Part shown: in pieces, positions 39,360-53,160 of the stretch
How positions within the stretch are numbered: position 1 is the first letter of the stretch
Layout of the letters: each line of letters starts with the position of its first letter
NCBI GenBank assembly: GCA_964016885.1
Contig: OZ024747.1
Coordinates: 41,912,001 to 41,976,000 of the forward strand
From: Eledone cirrhosa
Taxonomy: Eukaryota
Length of the DNA: 64,000 nt
Reading direction: 5' to 3'
Made by a program: the position numbers and the translations under genes
The notes under the pieces: model-generated
What the model was told of the DNA's origin: nothing
Database searches by the model: none
Seen by the model: the letters and a program-made list of their open reading frames with translations, nothing else

Positions 39360-39577
39360 TTAACCCTTTAGCATTTACATTACTCTATATTTACTATTGT
39401 ATTTTCATGGTAAACGCTTTATTTCACATAATTAGCTCACATAATATCGAATCAACACGAGATTTTGATATTACTTATTTCGAGAACAACACCTTAACAT
39501 AAGTATGAGCAGCCGGTTTGACCAGAAAGAGGTGAGATTCTGGCCGGATACTGCTGGTTTAAATGCTAAATGGTTAA
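39360..39577 (+). mobile_element. TTAA-flanked (piggyBac-like) MITE
   Basis: Termini TTAA-CCCTTTAGCATTTA ... TAAATGCTAAATGG-TTAA. Related copies at about 44508-44745 (minus), 45046-46356 and about 55025-55220. Confidence 0.7.
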
Positions 39578-39813
39578 GAGCTAACTATTGCTGTTGATGT
39601 AACCAGATGGTCTCATAAGTCAATAGAGTAACGTGGATATCTAGTTAAACTATAGCTGTGGATGTAGTGTGAAATTCTCAGAGTGTGTTGTCCATTGATG
39701 GTTATTTCTGATTATAACAAGTCCACTTTATAACTCTGTTCTTTGACAATAGATATGGGTCAAAGACAGATGGATCTAGTTAGTGGACAGACTGACAGTT
39801 ATTTATATATATA

Positions 39814-39862
<49 letters not shown>

Positions 39863-39919
39863 CTCTGATTTTGCGTTTCGTTTCGCTTTATCTACCCGCC
39901 GAAATGCGATTCTCACTGA

Positions 39920-39969
<50 letters not shown>

Positions 39970-40879
39970 ATCTAGGTAGTGAATAGACAGGCAGAGGGAG
40001 AGAGAGAGAGAGAGGGGATAGCTAGGTAGGGGACAGAGAGAGAGAGAGAGAGTGAGTGGACAGACTGACTGACACATGTTGGTATTAAAAAAGGTGGGGA
40101 ATGGAAAGTTGGTTTTCAACATTGTTTTGAAGTACATAAATAATAAAGGGAAGTTTTGTCAGATTTAGTTTTGTGATAATGGGAAGAGAATGAGATAGGA
40201 AATAGAGGGAGAATGAGAGAATGTGAAAAAGAGAAAGAGAAGCAGTTAGTAAGAGAGAGGGGGAGAGAGATAGAGAGAAGACAAGAAACTGGTGTAAGGC
40301 ATCACTATTTCATGTAGCTTATCTGGGGTATTACTTACTGGAAGTGTCCTTGTGTATATGAGTCATGTTGTGTATGTGGGTGATAACAAACTGGAAGAGC
40401 CCAACCTTCAAGTCTTGTTGTATTGCTGGGTCAGCATAACCTGGTAAAGCTCATATATACACTATAGGCACTCAGTGGAAGATTTGACTTCAGTAGTGCA
40501 GGCCAAGTAAATATTTGTCAATTACATATTACATTACTAGAGGATGTCTACTTATAACAGTAGAAGTGGCCTGTTACGATCAGTAGCATGCATGCCACTT
40601 GAACACAGACAGGCTTGATCAACCTCAGTTGAGTCACCCGGATGAGGATGTATGTTGTAAGACCTGCAACATCCAGTGATCACAGGATACAACACTGATG
40701 ATGTGTCCTGTAGTTGGGTCAGCTGGATGAGGGTGTATGATATAAGACCTGAAACACCCAGTAACTCCAGGATACATCAGTGACAATGTGTCCAAGGTCT
40801 TGTATCCGTGGATATATGAAGAAGTATTTACAGTTAGTTGGAGTGAGATATTTGAGTGTAAAGAACTCAGTCAAATATC

Positions 40880-41315
40880 AGCATCAAGATGTCAACTCAG
40901 TCCAATGCCAGTGTCAAGACATCAACCCAGTCCAATGCCAGTGTCAAGACATCAACTCAGTCCAATACTAGCACCAAAACGGAAACCCAGTTCAATACCA
41001 GCACCAAAATGTCAACCCATTCCAATACAATACCAGCACCAAAATGTCAACCCAGTCCAATACCAGCACCAAAACATCAACCCAGTCCAATGCCAGCTCC
41101 AAAATGTCAACCCAGTCCAATGCCAGCACCAAAATGTCAACCCAGTCCAATGCCAGCACCAAAATGTCAACCCAGTCCAATGCCAGCACCAAAATGTCAA
41201 CCCAGTCCAATGCCAGCACCAAAACGTCAACCCAGTCCAATGCCAGCTCCAAAACGTCAACCTAGTCCAATGCCAGCTCCAAAATGTCAACCCAGTCCAA
41301 TACCAGCACCAAAAC
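40880..41315. repeat. 30-bp minisatellite (CCAGCACCAAAATGTCAACCCAGTCCAATG)n
   Basis: About 14 tandem units. They cause the repetitive ORFs between 40788 and 41458. Confidence 0.95.
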
Positions 41316-44300
41316 TCTGGACATTTTCTTGGCAGTTCAAATGTATTGACTTGGCCAGAGACTTGTATGTGGAATAGAGAAAATGGAAAGAGGCCAAGTG
41401 TAGTCATTTGTGACATTTCCAGCTTTTTATTGCTTCTGTAAAAGTTGTGAGGTCCCATTCACTTGAATGCCAGAAAAAACAAAAAGATGGGTGGTGTTTC
41501 TTTTCCTTCTTTTTTTTATAGCAGTAAATATTTTATAGCTATATTGTGAAACAACTGAGAAGAGCCTGTAATATCGTCATCTATGTGTGAGTGGGTAAAA
41601 TATTGTTGTTAGCCCAAATACAACCTGGGTCAAGCAAATTTATTAACAAACACATTTCAGCCATTGGTGATTATGTCTTTATGTCAAGTACAGTGTTATC
41701 TATGACTACGTTATTTAATATGTCTTTCTGTATCTTAGATAGTCAACAGAGTTGGCCCAAAAGTTAGGATCCATAGCATATTTAACAGTGTCCTGGTTAA
41801 AATCCCTTTTAGACTATATACCTTTCTTTGTCCAGAGTGTTTAACCCTTTTGTTACTAAATTTCTAATGAAATAGACAAAAAATAATCAAAATTTACTTT
41901 CATATTATTAAGCTGATGTAGGACAATGAATTGGCAGTATTAGTCAAACATTGCACAAAATGATTTGTGGTATTTATTTATGGCCCTTTATGTTCTAGTT
42001 GTAACTAGAAATTGAAGTTAGGCGCTTACATCTACTCAAGTTAGATAATTAGTCACTTGTATTTGTTGGTATCCAGTTTTCTGTGTGTATCCACTTTAGA
42101 ATAGATATATTGTATCCCTGCCTGTTGTAATAGGTAACTAAAAGGGTTAGTGCCAGGAAGGGCATCTGGTTATAAAACATTGATTCCATGATGAGTATGA
42201 AGTTTGTCATGGACGTAGAAAGCTAACCTCTGCTTTAGGAGGGAAAATGTCAAATGATTGTAAAAATTTGCAGTATTAAAGTGTTGTTGATCTACATGAT
42301 AAATACACCTGTTACAGTCTGTAAAGTAGTTGATGATAGAAAGGGCATCCAACCATTGAAAACTTGCCAGACAGGGGTTAAGAGGACACTTCAGTTGTGT
42401 CATAGACATGACAACCTCCCTAGTGTTGGTGATCTGCATGATAAACACACCCAGTACACTTTGTAGAGTGGTTGATAATCAGAAGGGCATCCAGCTGTAG
42501 AAAACCTGCCAAACAAAGGATCTTGAGGATTCTTCACCTATACATGACAACTTCCTTAGTGTTGGTACCATGATAAACTGCACTTGGTAGAGCACAGGAT
42601 CATATGCCAGGCCACTGGCCCACAATGGCTCTGCTTGAATACTAATCGACACACCCAACCCTTGTTAGCAGGGAAAACGGTTGCTAACTGATGATAATGA
42701 TGATGAAGCAGTCATAGTGCTGTTTTATATTTTTCAAGAATTATTTGCTAATGGTGTTTCACTACCCAGCCTCACATTTTTCACTTTCTCTGTTGACTCT
42801 GTGATGTTGTTCACCCTTTTTGGTTGTTGTCCTCTACCTTTATATCATTTTAACAATACCCCTTTTTGTTAACCTGGTGTCATCTCATATTTGAGGCCCG
42901 GCATCATCCTCTCTACTTCATTTTGTTTTCCTTGATCATTTCCATACTACTGCAAACATCTCTCATGCACACCCTAATGATCTATTCTTTAATGACCTAT
43001 TCTCTCATCTTATTTGTCATCTGCTTTTTATCAATGTTTATGTTGTTCATCTTACAGATGAACTTATTTCTCTTTAGCCTCCTCATATCTTTCACTTTTA
43101 ATGCCTAGATCTCACCTCCATTTAGTTGCTCACCCTGCTAGAATTTGCAGTCAAATTCGCTAAAGCTACACCTATTGTCTTAAAAAAATGAAGCATTTGA
43201 TAATCTGGTCCTTTCCCATGATTAGTGGTCTCCTTGGTCTCAGCACTGCAGACTCTCTCTCTCTCTCCTTGTATATATATGTTATGTATGTATCTGTCGT
43301 TCATAGTGAACTCAGATAATATATTAGTCGATCAAATTTCAACATAGCTGGATTTTCACATTTTATTTCATATCTTTACAAGTACTTTCATGTCTTTTGG
43401 GTCATTCTTCAGGTGAATATTAACATCGCTACATTATCTATCATATATAGTGATATACAGCATGTCATGCACATTTTAAACCTGCTGAGGTTAGCAAACT
43501 ATGAGTAATTCAAAATCCAGGGCCTTCTCACACCTGTTGGAGGAACCCTTCCTGTTTGACCCCCACCACTTCCTATTTCTGGCCATATTGGGCCAAGGTA
43601 TTGAGTCAAATCATTGTACCATCTCGCCTTTCACTGCCCTTTGGTTCTTCTCCACTTCCTTTGTGTCCACTCTGTCACTCTAATAGTCCACCTGTTGTCT
43701 CTGAAATGAGAGACATGGCCAGCCCATCTATCTTTACCCTTCGTTAGTAAGAAATGGCTTAGATTTTATCTCTATTGTTACTGCTTCCAAGTTCTTTTCC
43801 CTGTTGATTTCCTAGGGATCCTGGCACACTTTTACATACCTCTTGCTTGAACTGAGTACAAAGTACAAGTTCTTATCTACTTCCTTACTACACACCAAGT
43901 AATGCCATTTTCTATGTGACACTGGTATTTTGTACTCTTTCTTATCAATTAGTATTTTAGTCTTTGTTATGTTGACCTTCATATTATTCCTTTAGATTAT
44001 TACCACTCTTTGAGGTTTGTAGCTTTTCAAGAGATTCATGTATAAGAATTGGATCAGCAACATTTACAACATTTTTAGTGGTTTGCTATGACAGTCTTGA
44101 TGTGAAGTGTGAAGCCTATGTTTTCATAGGCTCATACAAGCTTGATAAAATGGATATCTTAGGACGACATGCTTTAAAATACACACAGAATGTTGGTAAC
44201 TAGAAATACATTTCAAATGCTTTATTTGATTAGCCACTCTGTGCCTGAATAGGTGTGCTCAAGTATGACAGAAAATATTCAATAACAACACATTTTATAA

Positions 44301-45045
44301 AAAAAAAGCCACATTTTAATTTAAATGAAAATAGGCATTACTTCTACTTTTGAATAGTTAAAATTTGGTGAAGCAGTCATCTGGAAAAAAAGCAAGTTAA
44401 TGCTGTTTATGCAACCAATTGTAGAACTAATCAGATTATTATTACCATGTTTAGAAAACTGTTTACTAAAATGAGTATTATAATTCATATTTTGATAAAA
44501 GGTATTTTAACCTCTCAAATAACTCTTTATTATTTAAACCGACCTTACCCAGCCAGAAATCTCTCACCTCTTTATGTTCTAACCAGCCGTAATCGGCCGC
44601 TCATACTAATATTAAAGTATTGTTCTCAAAATAAATAACCTCAAAATCTCAGATTCGATATTATGTGAGATAATTATGTGAAGTAAAGCCTTTATCATGA
44701 AAATACAATAGTAAATATAGAGTAATGTAAATGCTAAAGAGTTAATCATTTAGGCATAATGCTGTCAATAAAGTTGTTTTATTATTATCTCATGAAATAT
44801 TTCTGGTGGAAAGTAGATAAAGAGATGCTGAATGGTGTAATCCTACAGTACAGGTTTAGTGTTTTGTGGGTTTCTAAATCAAATCCCGTTCTAAGCATTA
44901 CACTACTACTAAATTCATCCACTTCTTTGTGATGACATGATAAAACTTTTCCATCATTAACTGCATCAGTTCTTCACACAATTCTGTATCTTCCCCAATG
45001 ACTCTCTTTAACGTCTTGAAAGGTCTTCCATGTTTGTGTTTCACA

Positions 45046-46356
45046 TTAACCCTTTACCATTCACATTACTCTATATATACTATTGTATTTTCATGGTAAA
45101 GGCTTTACCTCACACATTAACCCTTTACCATTCACATTACTCTATATATACTATTGTATTTTCATGGAAAAGGCTTTACCTCACATTAACCCTTTACCAT
45201 TCACATTACTCTATATATACTATTGTATGTTCATGGTAAAGGCTTTACCTCACACATTAACCCTTTACCATTCACATTACTCTATATATACTATTGTATT
45301 TTCATGGTAAAGGCTTTACCTCACATTAACCCTTTACCATTCACATTACTCTATATATACTATTGTATTTTCATGGTAAAGGCTTTACCTCACACATTAA
45401 CCCTTTACCATTCACATTACTCTATATATACTATTGTATTTTCATGGTAAAGGCTTTACCTCACACTTTAACCCTTTAACATTCACATTACTCTATATAT
45501 ACTATTGTATTTACATGGTAAAGGCTTTACCTCACACCGTAACCCTTTAACATTCACATTACTCTATATATACTATTGTATTTTCATGGTAAGGGCTTTA
45601 ACCCTTTAACATTCACATTACTCTATATATACTATTGTATTTTCATGGTAAAGGCTTTATCTCACATAACATTCACATTGGTGTTAGGAAGGGTATCCAG
45701 CTGTAGAAATCAAGCCAGAATCAGTTCCCGTCCCACCCTTGCAAGCAGGGAAAAGTGGACGTAAAATGAAATGATGATGATGATGATGATTACTCTATAT
45801 ATACTATTGTATTTTCATGGTAAAGGCTTTACCTCACACATTAACCCTTTACCATTCACATTACTCTATATATACTATTGTATTTTCATGGTAAAGGCTT
45901 TACCTCACACTTTAACCCTTTACCATTCACATTACTCTATATATACTATTGTATTTTCATGGTAAAGGCTTTACCTCACACTTTAACCCTTTAACATTCA
46001 CATTACTCTATATATACTATTGTATTTTCATGGTAAAGGCTTTATCTCACATAACATTCACATTGGTGTTAGGAAGGGCATCCAGCTGTAGAAATCAAGC
46101 CAGAATCAGTTCCCGTCCCACCCTTGCAAGCAGGGAAAAGTGGATGTAAAATGAAATGATGATGATGATGATTACTCTATATATACTATTGTATTTTCAT
46201 GGTAAAGGCTTTACCTCACATAATATTGAATCTATAAGATTTTGAAAGTATTTATTTTGAGAACAATACCTTAACATCAGTTTCAGTGACCAGTTACAGC
46301 CAGTGTCAACAGAAAGAGGTAGAGAATTCTGGCCGGTTTGAACATTAAAGGGTTAA
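45046..46356 (+). repeat. ~70-bp tandem array built from the left end of the TTAA MITE, with two embedded RTE/SINE tails
   Basis: Units TTAACCCTTTACCATTCACATTACTCTATATATACTATTGTATTTTCATGGTAAAGGCTTTACCTCACAC. Tails at about 45678-45790 and 46065-46172. The MITE right end AAAGGGTTAA closes the array at 46356. Confidence 0.9.
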
Positions 46357-47699
46357 TAGGCTCTTATAGAAAAGTTGGAGATGCCTGATACTGATGGTGT
46401 GGCGAATGGATGGGAGGTTGCCATAGAGAATTTTGTTTGTAATGGTCAAGAGGTTTTTTTTATCCTTCTTAGCATTCAGGTGTAGCAACCTTCTAAAGCT
46501 TTGGTGATAGGTATTGTCACCGACCATGATTCACAGGAATTCAGTAAGATTGATTCCACTATAGCATTGAATAATCTTATTTTTGTTTTTGTGGTTATGT
46601 TAGATTTCCACACCCTATTGAATGAGTTTACAGCAGACCATTATATTTGTTTGGAAACATTTATACAGATATATTAGTACTTTTACTAATATATCTATGG
46701 GGTTATAATTGTTACAAGAAAACCAGTGACTATATTATTAGTCCATAATCCTATGAGGAACCTTGATAGAAGTTAGTGGTCTTCGACTGACATCTTTCAA
46801 AGTTTTTATTTCTGAAGATCTTCATTGGGAATTGATAGTGGGTATATGATTATGTTGCAACTGATAGGAAATCCATGGGTTCATTGTTAGTTCAAACAAG
46901 TCAGTGGTACTCTCAGAGAGCAGTGCATTAAGAGTTTAGGTTGTCATTTCACAAAGTGTTTGCAGTAATGTAGACACCTTTAAGGGGCCAGAATCTGATT
47001 TTTCAATAGCCTGTTCATCATTACCATCATTTAGCATTCACTTTCTCTGCTAGGAAGAGTTGGACAGGATATCAACAGATCAAGCAGATCAAGCTGGTAC
47101 TGAAGCAGAGATATTGACCCCATTGATGGGCCAGGAGCCTGCACTCTGCTGAGTATTCAGATGGGCCAGTGACCTGCAACATACATATATTCTCATGCAC
47201 TACTGGGTGCATTTTATTGTGACACCAGCACTAGTAGATTGTCATATCTTTGGTACAGCTGAAAAGTCCTCCCAACCCTTTGTTTGGCAAGTTTTCTAAG
47301 CTAGATGCCCCCCCCCCCCCCTCTCCCTTTACCACCAACCATTTTACAAGGTCTGTTGTATTTCAACTTTGCACTGTTGGCAATGTTATGTCGCTGAAAA
47401 CTAGGTCATTGGATTCAATTATATTGTGTTCCTGGCTACACCTTTGGTTGATGTCTCTTCAGGTCATCTTTTAACTATTGTTAAGCCTAATAGTTTTTTT
47501 TTTTCTTTAACCATCATGATCAAGGACATCCTAGATCACTGCTCTCAATGAATACAAAGGATGTTTTTTTTTTTAATGGCAATATGAAAAAAATACACTG
47601 TAATTGCTGTCAGCTGTCTACTCAGACTAAGGAAAAATGTTTGATTTTAACAAAAGCTATCAGCTACTTCTAGGGTAGTGTTCCAAGCATTTGAAAAAG

Positions 47700-48310
47700 T
47701 TTATTTCATGGGTGTTCTTACTGCTAATGTACACAGTCCTTGTCTACAATTTACGGAATTCCTAACTAATTCTTTTCTATATATTGAGCATAGCCACTTC
47801 CCTGATCCGAGCAGATCAGTCTTTTCTATAAACTGAGCATAGCCAGCAGACCTTTCAGCTTTCTTGCTAACTAAAATGTTTGTCTTTTTTAGGTTTCTTT
47901 GAGACCCTTTGAAATTCAGTTTTGCTTCCAGGTCATTAGTACACAAGAATACACATAGAGAGTTGGTCTTAAGCTTCTTTGTTATCTGTATGCTAAATTT
48001 CTCACTGAGCTCATTGCCGACGATCTCTCTGTACATGGTTTGCTCCGCTCCCATAAGCTATTCATCTGCACCTAGTTTTCTTGGTAACAACCAAACTACA
48101 TTGTGTAGTCGAAAGCCATATCCAGGTCAACAAATGCTTAGTATAGATTGTTCTTTGATTAGAAATTCTCTACCAGTCATTAAAAAAAAAAAAATCACTG
48201 TTGGTATTCTCTCCTCACAAACCCAAACAGCATCTCATCTAAGCTAATTCTCTTTTTTATCAGTTGTGCTCTAACTTCTGTTACTTTCATAATCCAGTCT
48301 ACTGAATATG
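47700..48310 (-). mobile_element. Degenerate RTE LINE RT fragment
   Basis: Remnants IMKVTEVRAQLIKKRISLDEMLFGFV, SEKFSIQ and GSGKWLCSIYRKELVRNSVNC, similar to 1484-2448. Confidence 0.7.
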
Positions 48311-50580
48311 AACAGATCAAATGCCATCCCTTGTTATGTGATGACATGGTACAGTGATTAGGATAGAGGGAGATAGATGAGAGGGTGAGGATATAACAGC
48401 GGGGATAGGGACTTAACTGGAGTATACTATGTAAGAGACCCACCAATATTATTCTAATGTCTGGTTTGTCTTGCTGGCATCGGCGAGTGGGTTTTCTCTG
48501 CAGTCTTTTGTCATTTCTATTGTGAGGTTCAGTGTCTTTATTACATATTCCATATCTTCTCAGTTCTCCCTCTTCTACAAGTTCCATCCACTTCAAATTC
48601 TCGACACTCCTTTACTTAACAGATATCCTCATTAGACAAATCATTTAATGTCCATTTTTTTCATGCTAGCATTGTCTTAAGGTCCCCCCAAATTAGCAAC
48701 TCCATAACACTTCTCTGTATTTTGTCACTAAAGGAACTAGTAGCACACAAGTTTCTCACTTGAAACCAATGAGATTTAAATATGAAACATGTTTTCCCTA
48801 GTCTGCTATTTCATGTGATGTGATGTTACACAGGATTTTTTTATCAAGCAATCTGTAAAGATTTGACACATTTTAAAAACTGCTGGTTTAGATATAAAAA
48901 CAAACACGAGACTAACCATTAACAGTTTTTGAATACTGACTGTTTTGTTACAAAATTGAACAAACCTTTTTGATACTAGCTTGCTTAAAACCACCCTGGT
49001 TTTATGATATCTGACTGCTCGTTTTATAATGCTTATACTTGTCTCATCTTTGCTAACTGGGAAAGTAGATGTTAAATGACGACAATGGTTATGATGATGA
49101 GGAGGATGATACTTATATTAAAACCTTCCATCATAATTTTATTTAAGAAATTTTTGATAAGTAATGTTTCAAACATCAACCTACTATTGAAAAGGTTATC
49201 TCATTAAATTTTTCAAATCTTCAAAATTAATTTATATCCACACTGGCAGTGTATTTCATTAAGAATATGGTAAAAAATGGCTGTGTGCACACTGCATGCA
49301 AATTATTTTCACTATTATTTTCACTATTATTAATCTGAGCTTCAGTGGTGGGAGTAGTCATCTGTCTCAAAAGGTGTATTTTTGGGGGAGTTGACAAGGC
49401 TTTAGCAGAAAAATAATATTATGCCTTGTTAAGAAAGTTTATTTATGCCGTGTTGGCACAATAAGAATAAGAGGCTGCGTGTTGTAGATGATAGTATACG
49501 AGGTATTGAAGTATCAATAGATGTAGTTGTTGCGGGTTGTTTTTAGAACACGAGGAGTTGTTAGGCTATTTGTTATGGCTAGAAATGTAACGTATATTAT
49601 GTGTGAGAGAAGTGAATGTTTGTTGAAGAAGTTGTAAGTCCTTGATAACATTTTTACATGTTTTTATTTACAACTAAATTACAAAAGTAAGCAGGCATGT
49701 CGTTCAAAAAGATACAAACAAAATTAAGAACCAAGAAATAAGAAAGGCGCTGTGCCTGGTCTAAGGAGGCCAAGAGGCCAAAGTGAAAATCTCACTTTAC
49801 ATGATAGTGTGTTTTCCTTTCAGAGTTCAAGCAGCAAAAAAGAGTATATACGAAAGAAGCGGGAAAATCTTTGTTTGGGCGGAAATTGAGATATATACCC
49901 GCGTGCAGCTTACGATTGGCCTAATTTAGCCAAATCACGCAGGAATAGCTTATTAATATGCTACAAGGCTCTTTGCTCTTTAATTGTATAGGTTTGTAAG
50001 AGTCAAGTTCCCATATGTTTGTCTATACCTGCTTGCTCAATGATTTATACTATTAAAAGCTTTTTTGGATTCTATTACTAACTAGTACCTCAGTCTTTGC
50101 TATGTTCATCTTCAGATACCTTTTAATACATATCTGTATTCAAAATCTATTACTGAGCAGACTGCTAATTCTGATCTCAATTTAATACCTTCATACATAA
50201 CTTTATCATCCCTCACAAACTACCTGTCTTGGCTTTCTTATTTCCTATGTATATCTAGATTTGTAAAATAGGTACACCATATCCTTGCAAGTCCTAAGAG
50301 GCAACTAAAACAGTTGGTGTCAAGAAGGGCATCCAGGCATAAAGCATTGTCTCAAAATATGCTGCTCAACTCATGCCAGCGGGGAATAATGGGCATACAA
50401 ATGAGGAGGCTTTATCTCTGCAATTAGTTCATCTATTAGCTTCACCAGGAGACTCTCCTTATATTATTTACAATCCTTATTCAATATCCCCTTCTAATGC
50501 TATCCACATGCATATTTTCACTATCACCGAGAGCTTATATAATTTCATCAAGTTCATATAATTATATAGTATAAATATAT

Positions 50581-50915
50581 GAGGGCACATGGCTTAGTGG
50601 TTAGAGCATTGGCCTTGCAATCGAAAGGTTGTGAGTTCAATTCTCAGACCGGGTGATGTGTTGTTTCCTTGAGTAAGACACTTTATTTCACATTGCTCCA
50701 GTTCACTCTGCTGTAGAAATGATGACTGGGGTCCCTATCATTCCACTGTAAAGTGGACGTGTAGGCGCCACAGAAAAAAAGCACCCAGCACTCACTGTAA
50801 AGTGGTTGGTGTTAGGAAGGACATCCAGCTGTAGAAATCAAGCCAGAATCAGTTCCCATCCCACCCTTACAAGCAGGAAAAGGCAGACATAAAATGATGA
50901 TGATGATGATGATGA
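50581..50915 (+). mobile_element. tRNA-derived SINE with RTE-derived tail
   Basis: Near-identical to 11971-12310 and 59074-59411. Confidence 0.88.
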
Positions 50916-52973
50916 TATATGGCCTCAGCCAGATGGCTGGAACAGGTAAAAGTGTAAATGAGTACATATAAAATAATTTCAGATACACTTTTCCCTGATG
51001 TCATCAGAATTTACTCAAACACATTCACTCAATTCCCATTAAAATACTTGCTTCTAGTTTTCAAAGTTTAGCACATTGCCAAATTTTCTACTTACTGATT
51101 CTCTCGTATTTAGTTAAACTCAACATCTTTTTTTCTGACTAGCCTCTAAATATAATTTCTTGCTATTTGTTATTTTCACAACTCTTTCCAAACCTGTTGT
51201 TTATCTCTTGTCAAATACACTCTTCTATAATTGTTTGGTTAGGTCACTGACCACCCACAGAACTTGTTGGTGTTGTATATTGTTGATTGTTCTGCAGCAA
51301 AGCTTTTTAACTTCTATATTTTTATTTTGTTTATAGAATAAATAATTCAACGACAACATCGACATAAAAAAAAAAAAACAATAGTCAAGTTAATATTAAT
51401 ATTTTTAATACAGAGGGCAATAAATATCTAACTGGAAATAATGCAGTGGAGAAAAAACAGTATTAGTCAATAACTAATACCATTTTCATTTCCTTGAATA
51501 TCATTTTTATAAGTTCAGAATAAGACTAAAACATGTACAGAGTGTCTACTAATTTACCAGAAAAATGAAAATAATATTGGTCATTAACTTATTCTTTCCT
51601 AATTGTATTATTTCTGTAAGTAATGGATTGGCAGTATTGCTAGGGTGTGGATTGGGAATGCTTTGTCAAGGTAAACTATGCCTTTTATCCTTTCGAAGTC
51701 GATAAAAAAAGTATCAGTCCAGTACTGGGGTTGATTCTTCCTCTATAGTTCTTTCTCACTTTCTATCACTTTCTCTTTCATTCTGTGGAAGACCTGAAAA
51801 AGGAATGGGCTCCGCCAGGATTAAAAAGTTTTGACTATTTCTGTTTATCTAATACTGTATTAACCAAGAAGAGATAATTTTCAAGTCACAAGACTGGTTG
51901 GTAACCAGATGTTAAATTTGTTGCCATCACAGAACTCTTTCCTTGATAGTACTGTTGCCCCAGCTTGAATTTACACCTTGTCTATGATTTTCCAATATAG
52001 CCATTAAATGATAATAATCTATGTTTTTAAGCCTAAGTCTAGTCTAAAGTCTGTTTCAAGTCTAGAAGCTCATCGGGCCGGTGCTTATTCCGGGTTTCTG
52101 TGGCATGAAGTGACTGAGAGTACAAGACTCCTCCCTGGACAGGACACCAGTCCATCGCAGAGTTAAACCCCCAGCTATGGCTGGTACTCATTTTCAGTTG
52201 AATATACTGGAGCAACGTGAAATAGTGTTTTGCTCAAGAACACAACACAACACAGCCCAGAAATTAAACCCATGACATTATGATCGTAAATCCTACACCC
52301 TTATCACTAGACGACGTGCCTCCATGTCATCTATATTTGAATGCAGTGAATTGGCAGTCATTAAAACTTTGGATAGAAAGCTTTTCGGTATTTGTTCTGG
52401 CTCTCAGCTCTCAAATTCTGCTGTGGTCAACTTTGCCTTTCATCCATTCAAAGTCAATTAAAAATAGTATCAGTCATGTACTGAGGTTGATCCTTCTTCT
52501 ATAGCTTTTTCTCACTTCCTGTCTTTCTTTTAATTTCCTTCTCTGGAAGAAATCAACTATGCTCACACCTGGAAAGGGGATGGGCTCTGCCAAGTTTAAA
52601 GTGTCCAAATATGTCATGGCAGTGCTCCTACAACTCAATCAGGATTTACAGAGTCTATACATATGTACATTTGTTGGAACTAACTCTGTTTAGGGCCTTG
52701 TAAAACTGACCATCTCTCTTAACTTGTAGTTTTAAAACTCTGGGTGTTTCTAGAAATTGTGTTAGCTATATGCCAAGATTTGCGATCAGTGGATGTTATC
52801 AGCAATGGAAAGACCAATGCAAACATTGACCCGATTTGGCGAGTTCGACTCCACTCCGTAAGCGAAGGAGGTCTGGGATCTTGTCAAATGTTAAGAAAAA
52901 ACAATCTTTGTGTTTTCTCTCATCATAATTACTAACACTATTTATTATCTACCTACTTGGTAGATAATAAATA

Positions 52974-53160
52974 GGGCGGTGAATTGGCAGTATCGGTAGA
53001 GGGTCGGACGCCATGCTTTCCAGCACAGTTACGTCCCTTTACGGTCTGAGTTCAAATCCCATCGAGGTTAACTTTTCTTTTCATCCTTACGGGGTTGATA
53101 AAATAAAGTACCAGTAATGTACTGGGATAATTGCTGGCCTTGTGCCAAAAGTAGAAACAA
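52974..53160 (+). mobile_element. tRNA-derived SINE with a 22-bp TSD
   Basis: A-box TGGCAGTATCGG and B-box GAGTTCAAATC. TSD actatttattatctacctactt at 52937-52958 and 53160-53181. Confidence 0.9.

Noticed and set aside
40788-41458. Repetitive Pro/Gln/Cys-rich ORFs (PAPKCQPSPM, similar to SPRR or reflectin-like repeats)
   Set aside because: A 30-bp minisatellite that is open in several frames on both strands, with no splice or start context.
49755-49795. Hammerhead-like CTAAGGA-GGCC aaga GGCC-AAAG
   Set aside because: Both core boxes are mutated and no stem I partner is visible. At best a dead remnant.
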